From Paraspadella gotoi (Eukaryota > Animalia > Chaetognatha), in NCBI GenBank assembly GCA_051294375.1, contig CM119265.1:2270311-2334310 (forward strand): 64,000 nt of DNA. The letters run 5' to 3'. The notes under the pieces were generated by a model. That model saw only the letters and a list, made by a program, of their open reading frames with translations. It was not told the DNA's origin and made no database searches. This document shows positions 61,251 to 64,000 of this stretch, piece after piece. The first letter of the stretch is position 1. Every line of letters starts with the position of its first letter. Position numbers and translations under genes: made by a program.

Positions 61251-64000
61251 TTTGTATCTAAAAAAAATATGGGGAAGGCTGGGGGCTTTTTATTGCTGGG
61301 GGTTAAAATATGGGGATTTAAGCACAAAAATACGTTTGTGGACACGGAAGTGGCGCCCACCTGACCGTTCACACAATTCCCTTAGAGGAAACTCCGTGTT
61401 CAGTGGGCGCCACTCTGTGTCACAAAGATGGAAAATTTTCATCTTTTTTGTATTCTAAAAAAAAATATTGGGGAAGGTGGGCTTTTTTAGTGCGGGGTTT
61501 AAATAATGGGGATTAAGCACAAAACATACTGTTCTGTGACACGAAGTTGGCCGGCCCACTCGACCGATCACATTCCCTTTAGAGAAAACTCCGTGTCAAG
61601 TGGGCGCCACTTCTGTGTCACAAAGATTAAAATTCATCTTTTTTGTAATCTAAAAAAAAATATGGGAAGGCTGGGGCTTTTTAGTGCGGGCGCGTTAATC
61701 AGGGGGGTTAAAGCACAAAAAATACTTGTTTTGTGACCGGAGTGGCGCCCACTGGACGTCAACACATCCCTTAGAGAAACTTCCGTGTCAGTGGGCCGCC
61801 ACTCTGTGTCGAACAAAGATGGAAAATTTTCAATCTTCTTTTGTATCCTAAAATAAAAATTATGGGGAGGCTGGGGCTTTTTTAGTGCGGGGTAAATATG
61901 GGATTAATGCACAAAAATTACTGTTTTGTGGACACGGAGTGGCGCCCAATGACCGTCACACATTCCCCTTAGAGGAAACTCCTGTCAGTGGGCGCCACTC
62001 TGTGGTCACAAGATGGAAAATTCATCTTTTTTGTATCTAAAAAAATATGGGGAGGGCTGGGGGCTTTTTAGTGGCAGGGGTTTAAAATGATGGAGGATTA
62101 AGCAATAAATTAACTGTTTGTGACAGGAGTGGGCCCCACTGACCGTCCACACTCCCTTAGAGGAAACTTCGTGTCAGTGGGCGCCAACTCTGTGTCACAA
62201 GATGAAAATTTCTCTTTTTTGTATCTAAAAACGAATATGGGGAAGCTGGGGCTCTTTTAGTGCGCGGGGTTAAAAAATATGGGGGTTAAGCACCAATTAC
62301 TTGTTTTGTGACACGGATTGGCGCCCACTGACCGTCAAACATCCCTTAGAGAAACTCCGTGTCAGTGGGCGCCACTCTGTGTCACAAAGATGAAATTCAA
62401 TTCTTTTTTTTTGTATCTAAAAAAAATATGGGGAAGGCTGGGGCTTTTTAGTGCGGGGTTAAATATGGGATTAAGCACAAATACTGTTTGTGGACCGGAG
62501 GTGGGCCCCCTGACCTCCACACATCCTTAGAGAACTCGGTGTCAGTGGGCGCCACTCTGTGTCACAAAGGATGCGAAATTCATCTTATTTTGTATCTAAA
62601 AAAAATAATGGGAGGCTGGGGCTTTTTAGTGCGGGGTGTTAATATTGGGGATTAAGCCCAAAAAATACTGTTGTGACACGGAGTGGCGCCCCCAACTGGA
62701 CCCGTCACACATCTTAGAGGAAAACTCCGTGTCAGTGGGCGGCCACCTCTGTGTCACAAATGATGAAATCATCTTTTTGTATCTAAAAGATATGGGGAGG
62801 CTGGGGCTTATTTAGTGCGGGGGTTTAAATATGGATTAAGCACAAAAATACTGTTTGTACACGGAAGTGGCGCCCACTTGACCGTCACACATCCTTAGAG
62901 AAACTTCCGTGTCAGTGGGGCGCCACTCTCCCTATGTGTCACAAAGATGAAAAATTATTCTTTTTTGTATCCTAAAAAAATATGGGGAAGGCTGGGGTTT
63001 TTAGTGCGGGGGTTAAATATGGGGATTAAGCACAAAAATACTGTTTGTGACACGGAGTGGCGCCCACTTGACCCGTCACAACTCTTAGAGAAACTTCCGT
63101 GTCAGGGGCGCCACTCTGGGTGTCACCCAAAGATGAAAATTCATTCTTTTTTGTATTAAAAAATAAGATGGGAAGCTGGGGCTTTTTAGTGCGGGGGTTA
63201 AATTGGGGATTAGCCACAAAAATACTGTTTGTGACACGGAGTGGCGCCCACTGACTTTTCAACAGCATTCCCTTAGAGAAAACTCCGTGTCAGTGGGCGC
63301 CACTTCTGTGTCACAACATGAAAATTTTCAATCTTCTTTGTATCTAAAAAAAATATGGGGAGGCTGGGGCTTTAGTTGCGGGGGTTAAATATGGGGATTA
63401 AGCACAAAATACTGTTTGTGACACGGTGGCGCCCAGGCTGACCGTCACAAGATCCCTTAGAGAAAACTCTCTGTTCATGTGGGGCGCGCCACTTCTGCTT
63501 TGTCACAAAGATGAAAATTCATCTTTTTTGTATCTAAAAAAATATGGAAGGCTGGGCTTTTTAGTGCCGGGGGTTAAATATGGGGGGATTAAGCAAAAAA
63601 AATTTACTGTTTAGTGACCGGGAGTGGCGGCCCCACTGACCGTCACCACAATCCCTTAGAGAACTCCGTGTTCACGTTGGGCGCCACTCTGTGTCCACCA
63701 AAGATGGGAAAATTGCTCTTTTGTATCTCTAAAAAATATGGGGAGGCTGGGCTTTTAGGCGGGGGTTTAATATGGGGATTAAGCACAAAAATACTTGTTG
63801 TGACACGGGCTGCAGTGGCGCCCAACTGACCGTCACCACTCCCTTAGAGGAAAACCTCCGTGTCCAGTGGGCGCCACTCCAGTGTCACAAGATGAAAATT
63901 CATTCTTTTTTGATCTAAAACAAATTATGGGGAAAAGGCTGGGGCTTTTTAGTTGCGGGGGTTAATATGGGGATTAAGCACAAAAAATTATGTTTGTGAC
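61250..64000 (+). repeat. ~180-bp tandem satellite, about 14-15 monomers, continues past window end
   Basis: Monomer GTATCTAAAAAAATATGGGGAGGCTGGGGCTTTTTAGTGCGGGGGTTAAATATGGGGATTAAGCACAAAAATACTGTTTGTGACACGGAGTGGCGCCCACTGACCGTCACACATCCCTTAGAGAAACTCCGTGTCAGTGGGCGCCACTCTGTGTCACAAAGATGAAAATTCATCTTTTTT. Observed spacing is 179-193 bp, with indel noise. Confidence 0.95.

Noticed and set aside
60600-64000. CRISPR array or hammerhead retrozyme
   Set aside because: The sequence between the repeats is identical rather than unique spacers, there are no cas genes, and the context is eukaryotic. The hammerhead core CTGANGA is absent (CTGACCG instead).

Overview
This window is eukaryotic, almost certainly from an invertebrate animal, and comes from a draft assembly. 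It is AT-rich, saturated with (GA)n, (GAC)n, (CATT)n and (GAAA)n microsatellites, and broken by N gaps, six of which are exactly 25 N. Several stretches look like unpolished long-read gap fill, because they carry noisy direct or inverted duplicates of neighbouring sequence. Almost all ORFs in the supplied track are microsatellite or noise artefacts, and the real genes are spliced. I hand-assembled a complete 6-exon TMEM106-family gene on the minus strand (25390..20271, 1176 nt, 391 aa). All five of its introns are phase 1 and four are built largely from simple repeats. I also found the first coding exon of a bestrophin (53509..53639, +) and an indel-ridden second copy of it. Other features are tRNA-derived SINE-like elements, Helentron/HINE-like elements, a 612-bp foldback MITE with an 8-bp TSD, a dispersed element carrying a 46-bp VNTR, and several minisatellites. 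A ~180-bp satellite array (60600..64000) has monomers that combine a G-quadruplex motif with a 28-bp inverted repeat. I see no rRNA, bona fide tRNA, CRISPR array or intact transposase/RT. I cannot claim a proven new system. The best candidates are the microsatellite-built intron architecture, a possible nested antisense spliced transcript inside TMEM106 intron 3, and the structured satellite with its rearranged flank.
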